Below, piece by piece: positions 1 to 12,418 of a stretch of DNA of 64,000 nucleotides (positions are counted from its first letter, which is position 1; every line of letters begins with the position of its first letter). This DNA comes from Dendrobates tinctorius (lineage: Eukaryota). A program made the translations under genes and the position numbers. A model generated the notes under the pieces. It was given only the letters and a program-made list of their open reading frames with translations. It did not search any database and was not told where the DNA came from. Location: assembly GCF_039654945.1 (NCBI RefSeq), contig NW_027361700.1:24924001-24988000 (forward strand), read 5' to 3'.

Positions 1-156
1 CTATTATGGGTGAGTACTCATCCACTCCCAATCGTATATTGATTGCCTATTTTAAGGACATGTTCACTTGTTCAGTATTTGGTCAGTATTTTATATCTGT
101 ATTTGTAAGCCAAAACCAGGAGTGGGTGATAAATACAGAAATTGTGACTTTTTTCT

Positions 157-710
157 GTTATTATTATTATAGTGCCATTTATTCCATCGTGCTTTACATG
201 TGAGGAGGGGTATACATAATAAAAACGAGTAAAGTAATCATTAACAATACAAGTCATAGTACAGGAGGAGAGGACCCTGCCCGCAAGGGCTCACAATCTA
301 CCAGGGGTGGGTGAGGATACAGTAGGCGAGGGTAGAGCTGGTCGTGCAGTGGTTTGGTGGTTACTGCAGGTTGTAGGCTTGTCGGAAGAGGTGGGTCTTA
401 AGGTTCTTTTTGAAGGTTTCCATGGTAGGCGAGAGTCTGATATGTGGTGGTAGAGAGTTCCAGAGTAGGGGGCATGCACGGGAGAAGTCTTGTATGCGAT
501 TGTGGGAAGAGGAGATATGAGGGGAGTATAGAAGGAAATCTTGTGAGGATTGGAGGTTGCGTGCAGGTAAGTACCTGGAGACTAGGTCAGAGATGTATGA
601 AGGGGACAGGTTGTGGATGGCTTTGTATGCCATAGTTAGGGTATTGAACTGTAGTCTTTGGGTAATGGGGAGCCAGTTCGGGGATTGACAGAGGGGAGAG
701 GCCGGGGAAT
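157..710 (-). mobile_element. L2-clade LINE, 3' part of an older host copy (continues at 5110-6033)
   Basis: ORF 361..633 encodes the L2 ORF2 C-terminus ([17 protein letters not shown]); degenerate L2 3' stem-loop and (TAA)n tail at ~157-200; sequence breaks at GGGGAAT (710) and resumes collinearly at 5110. Confidence 0.9.
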
Positions 711-946
711 TATTATTATTATTTATTATTATTATTTATTGTTATAGCGCCATTTATTCCATGGCGCTTTACATGTGAGGAGGGGTATACATAAAAACAA
801 GTACAATAATCTTAAACAATACAAGTCATAACTGGTACAGGAGGAGAGAGGACCCTGCCCGCGAGGGCTCACAATCTTCAAGGGATGGGTGATAATACAG
901 TAGGCGAGGGTAGAGCTGGTCGTGCAGCGGTTTGGTCGATCGGTGG

Positions 947-3900
947 TTACTGCAGGTTATAGGCTTGTCGGAAGAGGTGGGTCTTCAGGCTCTTTTTGAA
1001 GGTTTCGATGGTAGGTGAGAGTCTGATATGTTGTGGTAGAGAGTTCCAGAGTAGGGGTGATGCGCGAGAGAAATCTTGTATGCGATTGTGGGAAGAGGAG
1101 ATAAGAGGGGAGTAGAGAAGGAGATCTTGTGAGGATCGGAGGTTGCGTGCAGGAAAGTACCGGGAGACGAGGTCACAGATGTATGGAGGAGACAGGTTGT
1201 GGATTGCTTTGTATGTCATGGTTAGGGTTTTGTAATGGAGTCTCTGGGCAATTGGGAGCCAGTGAAGGGATTGACAGAGGGGAGAAGCTGGGGAATAGCG
1301 GGGGGACAGGTGGATTAGTCGGGCAGCAGAGTTTAGAATAGATTGGAGGGGTGCGAGAGTGTTTGAGGGGAGGCCACAGAGCATGAGGTTGCAGTAGTCA
1401 AGGCGAGAGATGATGAGGGCATGGACTAGGGTTTTTGCAGATTCTTGGGTGAGGAATGAACGGATGCGTGAAATATTTTTGAGTTGAAGTCGGCAGGAAG
1501 TGGAAAGGGTTTGGATATGTGGTTTGAAGGAGAGATCAGCGTCAAGGATTACTCCGAGGCAGTGAGCTTGTGGGACTGGGGAGAGTGGGCAGTCATTTAC
1601 TGTAATTGATAGGTTCGTAGGGGGGGTCACGTGAGATGGGGGAAAGATGATGAATTCTGTTTTGTCCATGTTGAGTTTCAGATATCTAGTGGAGAAGAAG
1701 GATGAAATAGTGGACAGACATTGCGGGATTCTGGTTAGTAGGGAGGTGATATCTGGTCCAGAGATGTAGATCTGTGTGTCATCAGCATAAAGATGATACT
1801 GAAAGCCATGAGATTCTATGAGCTGTCCCAGGCCAAAGGTGTAAATAGAGAACAGCAGGGGCCCAAGGACTGAACCTTGTGGGACTCCGACAGATAGGGG
1901 GCGAGGTGAGGAGGTGGTGTGTGAGTGGGAGACGCTGAATGTCCGGTCTGTTAGGTATGATGAGATCCAGGAGAGGGCCAAGTCTGTGATGCCGAGGGAT
2001 GAGAGGGTCTGTAATAATAGGGAATGGTCCACTGTGTCAAAGGCAGCCGACAGGTCCAGGAGGAGGAGGACAGAGTAGTGTCGCTTGCTCTTGGCAGTTA
2101 AGAGGTCATTGGTGACCTTAGTAAGGGCAGTTTCAGTGGAGTGGTGTGACCGGAAGCCAGATTGTAAGCGGTCGAAGAGGGAGCAAGAAGAGAGATGGGA
2201 GGACAGTTCAAGGTAGACGTGTTGTTCCAGTAGCTTGGAGGCGTAAGTGATATAGGGCGATAGCTAGATACAGAGGATGGGTCAAGAGAGGGCTTTTTGA
2301 GGATAGGTGTGATGGAGGCATGTTTAAAGCTTGAGGGGAAAACACCAGTTGTTAGTGACAGGTTGAAGAGATGGGTTAGGGTTGGGATGAAGACTGTGGT
2401 GAGGTTTGGGATGAAGTGGGATGGGATCGGGTCGAGTGCACAGGTGGTGAGATGTGATCTTGAGAGTAGAGTGGAGAGTCGATCTTCTGTAATGGTGGAG
2501 AAGTTGGTTTTGAAGGTGGAGGGCTGGGAAGTCGGGAGGAAGGGCTCTGGGGGTTGTTGACCAAAACTGTCCCTGATGTTATCAATTTTCTGCTTGAAAA
2601 ATGAGGCAAAGTCTTCAGCTGAGATGAGTGGGGAGGGAGGAGGTGCTGGGGGGCGGAGGAGAGAATTGAAGGTGTTGAATAACTGTTTCGGGTTGTGAGA
2701 CAGGGAGGATATGAGAGATGAGAAGTAGGTTTGTTTAGCTGTGGCGAGTGTGGTCTTGAAAGTAGTGAGGGACTGTTTGAATGCGATGAAGTGCTTGTTG
2801 GAGTGGGATCTTTTCCATCTGCGCTCAGCAGCCCTGGAAGCTCGCCTCAGCTCTTTGGTCAGGCTGGTGTGCCAGGGCTGTCTGTTGATTTTGCGAGTTT
2901 TGGTATGTGTAAGTGGGGCAGCGGATTCCAAAGCTACAGCTATTGTGGTGTTATATAGAGCGGCAGCGTCATCCGCATTGTGTAAGGAACTTATATCTGT
3001 AAGAGGGAGGAGGGATTCAGAGAATGAGTGTAGGTCAAGGTGTTTAAGATTCCTGCGAGGGTGTGAAAGTTTGTGGGGTGGGGATTGTAGACATGGAGTG
3101 AAGAGGGAAGAGAATGTGAGCAGGTTGTGGTCAGAGAGAGGAAGAGGTGAGTTAGAGAGGTTAGATAGGGAGCAGAGGCGGGTGAAGATGAGGTCCAGTG
3201 TGTGGCCATCTTTGTGGGTGGCTGTAGAAGACCATTGAGTGAGGCCGAAGGAGGAAGTGAGAGATAGAAGTTTAGTGGCAGCTGAGAGGGAAGTGTCGAT
3301 GGGGATGTTGAAGTCGCCCATGATGATAGTAGGGATGTCCGTGGAAAGGAAATGAAGTAACCAGGTGGTGAAGTGGTCAAAGAAGGTGGTGGCTGGCCCT
3401 GGGGGGCGGTAGATGACAGCCAGTTGGAGGTTGGAGGGGGAGTAGATGCGCACAGAGTGCACCTCAAAGGAAGGGAGGGTAACAGAGGGTGGCAGTGGGA
3501 TTGGGGTGAAGGAGCAGGTATCTGACAGGAGAAAACCAACTCCTCCACCATGTTTGCTGCTGGGGCGGGGGGTGTGAGAAAGGTGGAAGCCGCCATACGA
3601 AAGTGCAGCAGGAGAGGCTGTGTCAGAAGGGGTGAGCCAGGTTTCGGTGATGGCGAGGAAGGAGAGTTTGGTAGTAACAAAAAGATCATGGATGTAGGAA
3701 AGCTTGTTGCAGACAGAGCGAGCGTTCCACAGAGCTCCTGTTAGTGGGACTGGGGAAGCGGGGGCTGGGTGAATGGGTATAAGGTTGGAGAGGTTACGGA
3801 AGGTTGTGATAGAGTGTGGATGGGAGGTAGAAATGACTGTGGGAATGTGGTGAGGAGGACCAGGATTTGGTGAGATATCGCCAGCAGTGAGAAGGAGCAG

Positions 3901-4116
3901 AGAAAGTGTTAGCAGGTGGGAGCAGGAGAGGGCATGAGGGGGCTGTCTGTGTTTGGAGACAGAGGATTGTATGTTAAGGAACAGTTTTGAGGCGGAGGTG
4001 AGGTGGATGGGGAGGATTGAAGAAGAGATGAAGAGTTCCTTACTAGGAGTAGGGATTAGGGGAATTAGCAGAAAGTGAAGGATTATTGGGGTGAAAGTGA
4101 AAACAAACAGAAACAT
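947..4116 (-). pseudogene. L2 ORF2 (AP endonuclease + reverse transcriptase) with one frameshift near 2245
   Basis: ORF 2098..4116 has APE motifs WNARS, ITETWL, YRPP, GDFN, TLDLIF, SDHNL; ORF 947..2032 has RT motifs [13 protein letters not shown] and YADD; frame breaks after YRPISL, consistent with a short deletion (inferred ~7 nt). Confidence 0.92.
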
Positions 4117-4417
4117 TGTTTACAGTGACTGTGTCCAGTTACCTTCAGTTCCCTTCTGGTTCAATTCTGGTTTTAATTCTTAAATTAATCTTCACACTTC
4201 TAGCACACACTTATAGGAATCACAATGCAGACTGAAGTCTATGCAGACTTGTGCTCTGCAATATATGTACAACTAAGTGCAGTCAGGTGTGAAGCAGAGA
4301 GGAGTGGTCTCTGCTCATTTTGGTCAGACAATTAAGAGTGGACCAGATGTATATGATCAAGCCAGAGTAAACAAGGTCATAAATAACACTGGGGTAAGCT
4401 GGGGTTAGCTGAAAGGC

Positions 4418-4977
4418 ATACCATGTGAATGCTAGGTGCAGAGGCAAGTTTATGTGCAAAGCTGGGTGATGCACTGTGTGTCCTTCATAGACAGACAGCA
4501 GGAGAGCAGGAGAGCTGGGTGGATGGACATACCATGTGAATGCTAGGTGCAGAGGCAAGTTTATGTGCAAAGCTGGGTGATGCACTGTGTGTCCTTCATA
4601 GACAGACAGCAGGAGAGCAGGAGAGCTGGGTGGATGGACATACCATGTGAATGCTAGGTGCAGAGGCAAGTTTATGTGCAAAGCTGGGTGATGCACTGTG
4701 TGTCCTTCATAGACAGACAGCAGGAGAGCAGGAGAGCTGGGTGGATGGACATACCATGTGAATGCTAGGTGCAGAGGCAAGTTTATGTGCAAAGCTGGGT
4801 GATGCACTGTGTGTCCTTCATAGACAGACAGCAGGAGAGCAGGAGAGCTGGGTGGATGGACATACCATGTGAATGCTAGGTGCAGAGGCAAGTTTATGTG
4901 CAAAGCTGGGTGATGCACTGTGTGTCCTTCATAGACAGACAGCAGGAGAGCAGGAGAGCTGGGTGGATGGACATACC
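4418..4977. repeat. 5 x 111-bp apparently perfect tandem repeat in the L2 5' region
   Basis: CCATGTGAATGC recurs at 4421, 4532, 4643, 4754 and 4865. Confidence 0.95.
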
Positions 4978-5109
4978 TGTCGGAAGAATAGAGATGCTTG
5001 TTAGAGTGCGATGGCGGCAGGTAGCAGGGCACAGTCTGTATACATCCTTCTGGTTTTAATTCTTAAATTAATCTTCACACTTCTAGCACACACTTATAGC
5101 AATCACAAT

Positions 5110-6033
5110 AGCGGGAGAGATAGGTGGATTAGTCGAGCAGCAGAGTTTAGAATAGATTGGAAGGGTTCGAGAGTGTTAGAGGGGAGGCCACAAAGCAGGA
5201 GGTTGCAATAGTCAAGGCGGGAGATGATGAGAGCATGGACTAGGGTTTTTGCAGATTCTTGGTTGAGGAATGTACGAATCATTGAAATATTTTTGAGTTA
5301 AAGTCGGCAGGAAATGGAAAGGGCTTGGATATGTGGTTTGAAAGAGAAATCCGTGTCAAGGATTACCCCGAGGCAGCGAGCTTGTGTGACTGGGGAGAGT
5401 GGGCAGCCATTTACTTTAATGGATAGGTTCGCTGGGGGGGTTGAGTGAGATGGGGGAAATTATAATGAATTCTGTTTTGTCCATATTAAGTTAGAAATAT
5501 AGCGGAGAAGGATGAAATAGCTTACAGACATTGTGAGATTCTGGTTAGTAGGGAGGTAATATCAGGTCCAGAGATGTAGATCTGTGTGTCATCAGCATAG
5601 AGGTGATAGTGAAAGCCGTGGGACTCTATGAGCTATCCCAGGCCGAGGGTGTAAATGGAGAAGAGTAGGGGCCCTAGGACTGAACCTTGTGGGACTCCAA
5701 CAGATAGGGGTCGAGGTGAGGAGGTGGTGTGCAAGTGAGAGACGCTGAATGTCCGGTCTCTTAGGTATGACAAGATCTAAGATAGGGCCAAGTCTGTGAT
5801 GCCAAGAGAAGAGAGGGTCTGTAGTAATAGGGAATGGTCCACTGTGTCAGACAGAGGACCGGACCAGGAGGAGGAGGACAGTAGTGTCGCCTGGCCTTGG
5901 CGTTAATAGGTCATTGGTGACCTTAGGGCAGTTACAGTAGAGTGGTGCGGCCAGAAACCAGATTGTAAGCGGTCGAAGAGGGAGCAAGAAGAGAGGTGGG
6001 TGGACAGTTCAAGATGGACGTGTTGTTCTAGTA
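5110..6033 (-). mobile_element. L2 LINE, upstream part of the older host copy (RT region, degenerate, 5'-truncated)
   Basis: Collinear with and similar to 1296-2232 of the young copy, with several indels. Confidence 0.9.
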
Positions 6034-7231
6034 ATTTTTATTTATTCTAGTTTATTTCGGAAGGACTCTTGATTCTCCCACAATTTTAATGTCAACCCCT
6101 GATTTATGTTTTCTGAGAAGATAAGCACTTTCCAGAGATATCTGGAGCATTTTTTCTCCATGCTGGCCATTGAAAACACATAAACTCACCAACCCTGTAT
6201 GGAGGGTGGGGGTGAGCTTTTGGACAATAGTTTTTTTGGGAAACCAATATCTCATGGATAAGGCCAGCTCATGCTGCTGCCAGATGCCTCATATCACCTT
6301 TAAAGACATAAGTATAGAGTTTTAACCTTTTTTTTTTTTTTTTTTTCCCCCGAAATTTGCCGTTTGGGACAACACCATATAGATAGGATGGATGGCCAGT
6401 CCCATCCTGTGGAAATTGACAGGTTCTGCCGACATTTATTAGATTTATATGACCAGCTTAATCTAGACGTTTAGTTAAGATTGTGAAACACCAAAGTACA
6501 AACTCTACAGAAAAAAAGTTAAAAATACAATTTATAGAGTGTATACAATATATGTGTATATACTGTAGGATGTCTAGGCAGTGTATACCATACATTGTAT
6601 ACAATCAGACAAAACTGAAGGGAAAATAAAGAAAAACTGATGCTATGGAGGGCCTGATTCAGGACCTGAGTTGGCAGTGGCATGACACTTCATGTCCTGC
6701 AATAGGTGGAGCATGGTATATGTTTTGCCTGGAGCGTCCTTTAACCAAAGAACTTTGGCTGGGATATGGAATTCTTTTTTTTTTTCATAGTTTGAATGTT
6801 GTGAACATGTTTGTGACTGTAATCATGCATCAATATAATTACAGTTTTTGTTTATTGATACATCTTCAGAACATTCCTTGGAGGAATCTAGTCTTGAACA
6901 ACAGATATCTAACAGACAACTAACAAACAATGAATCCTGTGCCTAACGACAGCCAAAACATGACTTCTGTGATGGTAATGGATGCAAGACCTGACACTGT
7001 TTGGATAATCTAACAATAACCATTTGTACCATAAGCAAAAACATACGAGCATATTTCACTGAGGACATCTATGTACATCATTTCTCCACTGTGTAGGCTC
7101 TCTTATATCCTCGATATACCAATAACAATGACATTAAACTGCCAAATTCACTAGATCATGACAATATTTACAATAACATTTGAAATGATTTTGATTAGTT
7201 CATATTGTCCCAAAAATAGTAACGTAATAGC

Positions 7232-7500
7232 CAGTGTCAGACTGTGGTGCCAAGGGCCCACCAGTAGCCAAATCCAGGGCCCCACTTTTCAGCTACATGT
7301 GAATGTAACACTATTCTCAATAACAAATTTACATAACAATGAACTGTGAAGATTGTTACATGAATAAGATGTGGCCTTTGTATAAACATAACGATTCAAG
7401 TATGTAGTGCCAACTACTGCTCATATGAGCGTAGTAGCTCACTCTTCCACAGGGCCCACCGGAGGATTCTCCTGTCCTCCTGTGGGCCAGTCCAAGCCTG
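7232..7500. mobile_element. Non-autonomous hAT-like element
   Basis: CAG...CTG ends; 8-bp flanks GTAATAGC/GTTATAGC; related copy at 53056-53810. Confidence 0.7.
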
Positions 7501-9527
7501 GTTATAGCAAACCATAACTTTTTATGATGGTCATTAAGAAAATGATATCTATACCTACTAAAGGAGAAGTAAAACTTCTTAGGTGGCCATAGTCTTGGGA
7601 TTTCGGGAGGACATGCAAACTATCTAATGTGTATAGGGGCCTTCAGAGGTTGATATTGAGGGAGATCATGATTAGGCTTGACCCCTTTGTTCCAGGCAAG
7701 ATAGCACAGACATGAGCAGCTGTCAGCAGAATGAGCGTTTGGCCAACAGCGCTTCGTCAGTGTATGACCAGCTTTAAGCTAGTCATAGATATTATCACTA
7801 ATGATCCAAAACACTTTATAACTATTGATGATTTTTTTTTTATTTTATGGTACTAAAAATTATCAGACCTGACTGACGGAAATCTACCCCACTGGTCAAG
7901 GACACCTATTTAGTCTTAAGAAAGTTTCTTGGTTGTTAGGGCAAATTGCTAAGATTGTTGCGTTTAGGCTCCATGCACACCAGTCTATCTTTATGGCTAT
8001 CTTTAAATATTGGTAAGTTGATTGGCACTTGAACTAAATCTGGCTATACACACAATAAGGCTGTTGGCCAAACAATGCTTCGGCCTATTATTTTGCTGAT
8101 AAACATCTCGGCCCGCTCTCCCAAAGACAGGAGGGTTTGTTCAACTGTGTTCAGTGCCAACATCTTTTCTCATGGCTTATGACCCGGAGAATAAAGTGAA
8201 ATCAGACTATTCGAAAATCAGAAATTCGAAATCAAACTTCTCCAATCGACATCTCCCCTGGCGATCAGGTGGCAAGTGTCCCCATAAGTCGGTGTCCGCA
8301 TTAGAACCATCCATATTGGTCGGTTCTAATGGGGGGGCTTTAGAGTCCAGTGATATCTTCGTTGTCCTTTCTACCCCAGCTTTTTTCCACCATCATGGAA
8401 CATGTTAGCCATAATCGCGTTAATTCAGTCGGCTGTGATCAGTCACATACTTTGAGGTGGACTTGAGTATGATGTCGTGCAGACCATGAATATAAGCCCA
8501 ACTTGGAGGAGGCGGTATAGCTGTTGGCTGGAAACTCAGAAGACGTAAACTCTCAGAATAACTTTACGAAGGGAAGATTTGCACAGATCCTCAGCAGATT
8601 GTAGTGCAAGACAAGTGAATGAGGTTTTACCAACTTTTATCCACAAGATTTGGAATTCACGTGTTGAATTCAACCTGCAGTGTGGATTGTTGGGTCCACA
8701 TGTCCATTCTGTTGCAAATTGTTTGCGGATTTCTTGTGCTTTCTCTCTAAATTTAATATGGGAAGAAAAAAATCAGCGTGAAATCTGTACGTAATCTATT
8801 ATTGCAAATTTTGCTTTGGATTTCAAATTGCAGTGGTAAAGATTTGGAATGAATAGAAAATTACCCTCTTATTCAAAGTAGAATTTACAGAGACAAAATC
8901 CACGTGATTCTGAGCGGATTTGGATTTTCTATGGAAGCAAATCCGACAGGTGTGGATCATGAATTGCACAGTCGACGTGCAGTTTTTGCAGGTTAAAATT
9001 TTTATTAAAAGGGTTACCCAGTTTAGAAAACCCAATTTCATATAGCTTAATAATGAAAGCTAAATCCTTTGTTAAGAAGGAAATGGAATTAAATTAAAAA
9101 GTGTCTCTCGCTCGGGAGGACCTTCTCTGTCCTACAGTTAAAAGATATCCAAGAGCTGCGGAATATGATGGCACTATAGAAATAAAATTATTATTAATTT
9201 TTATCCTATTGATTTGAAAGGGAAATATGTAATGCTTAATGTTTCCTGTGGAGGTGCTGTAGGGACATCCACACATTACAGTTTATTGCTGATTATTAAT
9301 TCCTAACAAGTAAAATGATCTATAATGGAAGAACTTTTTATTATTAAAAAAAAAAAGTAAAAAAGATATATATTGATGAGCCTTAAAAGTAAGTGATCTG
9401 TAAGTAAGGCTTGCTGCTACACCTTATGGACTATGTGGTAAATGAACCATGTTGCTGTGTAGAAACCTTGGACCACTGGAAGATCCCATGAATATTGAGA
9501 TGTCAAGACAATCACAATTATGTTACA

Positions 9528-9530
<3 letters not shown>

Positions 9531-9578
<48 letters not shown>
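9531..9578. repeat. (TA)n microsatellite followed by poly-T
   Basis: Direct reading. Confidence 0.95.
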
Positions 9579-9585
<7 letters not shown>

Positions 9586-10034
9586 ATTTTTTTTTTTTTT
9601 TTTTTTAAATATTACTGCCCGGATGTCACACATGTGGCTTAGGAATGGATGCACTATAAAGATACTTCTTTTCTCTTCTATCCTTTCTTGATTCGTAGAG
9701 GTTCAACATATCTCCACGTGACACATAGGAACATCGTCATATCCATATTTGTATCTTACATGTTGTATTGAGTGGCTCAGACCTCATTGTCTTGACTGAC
9801 TAATATCGTATAATGCTTGCCTTGTCTGCAGAGCTTGCAATCTGTGCGTTGGTCATCCGTCTTGATGGCTCATCTGTGCCAGGCAGGGAAGTGTGTGTGT
9901 GTGTGTGTGTCATTGACAAGACCAGTAATGTGATGTATCCCAGACTAATATCCTAGTGGTGAGGAGTGCAGAGGGGTCACGGGAGGAGTGGTCAGTCCAT
10001 TTCAAAATATTCAGTAGGGGGGTGGGAAAGTCTG

Positions 10035-10042
10035 TGACGTCA
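10035..10042. promoter_or_regulatory. Perfect CRE (TGACGTCA) in the putative RARalpha2 promoter
   Basis: Palindromic TGACGTCA ~50 bp upstream of the DR5. Confidence 0.6.
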
Positions 10043-10089
10043 TGAGCCGGGAGAAGGAGCTGGTTGGGTCATTTGGAGGTGAGGACAGA

Positions 10090-10106
10090 GGTTCAGGAAG
10101 AGGTCA
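10090..10106 (+). promoter_or_regulatory. DR5 retinoic acid response element of the RARalpha2 (P2) promoter
   Basis: GGTTCA-ggaag-AGGTCA matches RGKTCA-n5-RGKTCA, 1.4 kb upstream of the alpha2 ATG; RAR isoform-2 promoters are known to carry an autoregulatory DR5. Confidence 0.85.
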
Positions 10107-11534
10107 TATGCATGATATTAGGCAAATGAAGGGGGGTAGTGGTGGAAAGGCATTTAGATCATTGCTTGCTCCTAAACAATACACATTAGGTTGGGATTTG
10201 GGAAGGACAGGCCTTTGTTGGGAGTGACTGGTGTGTCACTACAGGCAGGGAATAGGTTAAGAGTTAGGAGGGGGTTGGGGGTGTTGACTTCCAGGGCTCA
10301 GCTGCCTTCAGTCCATCAGAATGGAAAAGGGAGGGGGAAGAGACAGCAGCAAAGTCTGCAGCAGTGAGCAGTGTGCATATGTGACACTACAATCCAAGAG
10401 GCAGGGATCCCCTGTACTACAGCAAGAACCGCAGGATCTGAGCTCCCAGGAATAGCGCCTACCTCTCCACCACATTCCCAGATGAGATCCAGGAATTCAG
10501 CATCCAGCCTGACTTCCTTATCCGGGATCTCCATAGACTACGGGACCTGGATGTTCTCACATCAAGAACCTTCCTCCATTCTGTATCATTGAGAGTTCCT
10601 ACAACTGGACACCAACCTCCATTCTGGAGAAGACAAGTAGGTGTTATTGATCATTATTGATCCTGCTGCACTCCGTATAACATCCGACCTACCACTGAAT
10701 CCTTGTATTCACATCCAGGATTGTACCTATTCAGGATTTCCCTTCTCCCACGACTGTCGTACTCTAAATAAATACGGCATCACAAGGAGATTCCTAGGCG
10801 TTTACATGTTGGAACCCTGCATCCGAATCTCCGTATCTCCCTTAACGTTGGTTATCCCCAAATCCCTAAGTAATCTCTTTGAAGACTGCATCCTAGGAGA
10901 GAATTAGATGGACACCCATTTGCTCTAAAGAGATTTTGCTTATTTAAGACTTTCTATTTAGACACGAGCTGACCATGCCAGGCAACCCTTTTAATCCACA
11001 ACCACTCTCCCTAATTGACCTACCCCTTCTGTTCCTGTTAATGGAGTAGATTTCCAGCTTTGGAGGATTTTCGAGGACTCCGTGCCGTCAAGACCCAGAG
11101 ATATAACTGATACAGGAGGTTCTATCAGCGAACATCTCTCATATGGAGCCCGGTAAAGAGAATTCTGTATTACATTAAGCAACCGGAGAAGATTGTATAC
11201 AGGCCGGTCTTCCACCATCTCAAGGGGTTTGGGTTTTAAACTTTGCACTATGTCCCTCCCCCTTCTCCAGCCATTTGATGGAATCCATGCAGAGAGTTAA
11301 AGGAATCTCCCATCAGATATCACCTCTGGATCTGTCTGCAGAAGCTCAACCCTACTCTTCCAACTGGATTGAGAAACCCCATTTGCTATCCTGCTGAGAT
11401 TTTTTTTCCTAAATCCTCCTAATTCTATAAATACTGTATATTTTTTTAATAGACGAAAACAGATTTTAAACATTTATAGTTTTTTTTTTTTTTTTTCTAA
11501 TTACATTTATGGTCTTCCGGTGGCTTTATTTACA

Positions 11535-11703
11535 ATGTATGAAAACGTGGATGTACCAGGGTTGGGTACCAGCCCAACGCATTACCACATGATGGATTTC
11601 TATACGCAGAACAGGGCTTGTATCATGCCGGATAAAGGAATTGGGGCAATTCATCCTTTTGGGACACCAATTCGGAATCCACACTGGAGTCATTCCAACC
11701 ATT
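11535..11703 (+). CDS. rara: RARalpha2-specific first coding exon (A region)
   Basis: MYENVDVPGLGTSPTHYHMMDFYTQNRACIMPDKG...PHWSHSNH resembles the RARalpha2 N-terminus (MYESVEV...DFYNQNRAC...WNGSNH); phase-1 donor T|GTACGT joins the next exon to give S-IETQ. Confidence 0.93.
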
Positions 11704-12416
11704 GTACGTAGGTGGAAAAAAATAGATGCTATTCACCTTTTCTAAAAAGCTTGACCTAAATCCTTAAAACATGGGATGAAAATTGTGTTGCACGGTTTCC
11801 AAATATTTTTTTTGTACATAGTACATGTGGTTATGCAGGTTACATGTATGTATTTGTGAATTTTTATGCTTTTTAAATATCCTTTGAAAATTCAGCTGCT
11901 ATGTTTTCTAGGTTTATGCATTTTACGTTGTTGGCTGTATGCTTCTTTTTGCTGGCCTAGGGGGTCATAAAGATATCCGGTATTCAATGACATGCATTGT
12001 AGATAGTATTGTTCTATGGGTCCGCATTAGGGTAGCAGTATTGCTTTCGATATGTTTTTGTAAACTAAGAATTTTTGATGTAGCCTTTTCATTCCCCTTT
12101 CAATGCAATTCTAGTATCTCTCGACTTCAGTACGATAGCACTTTTCCTGGTCGTTCTCCACAATAGAGCCATTATGCTAGAAAGAAATAAAAGACATTCT
12201 CAGCCTCACTAAACAGGCTCATAGCCCAGGGTTCAGATGATAGCACAATTCTTCCTCTTGTATCATTGCACCCATTCTCTCTCTGGGCCTGGGTAAAATT
12301 CACTTTAATAAGGATCCCTCGCTTCATCTTAGGAGTGAAGATATTTCTCTTCTGTAATCCTGTGTGGAAGAGGAGTTTATATTGTAGCTGCGTGCTTAAC
12401 CCTTTCGATCTTGCGG

Positions 12417-12418
<2 letters not shown>

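Larger units (their letters stand above)
711..5109 (-). mobile_element. Young near full-length L2 LINE nested in an older copy of the same family
   Basis: (TAA)n tail 711-740; 3' stem-loop AGCGCCATGGAATAAATGGCGCT on minus strand; ORF2 with APE endonuclease and RT; 5' region with tandem repeats. Confidence 0.93.

Noticed and set aside
4418-4977. Regular repeats as a CRISPR-like array
   Set aside because: Head-to-tail identical units with no unique spacers, in eukaryotic DNA
4283-5032. 249-aa ORF with a 37-aa repeat as a possible L2 ORF1
   Set aside because: Length comes from the stop-free 111-bp repeat; no RRM, PHD or esterase features
1-10000. RARalpha1-specific exon
   Set aside because: No MASNSSSC-like coding exon seen; likely upstream of the window
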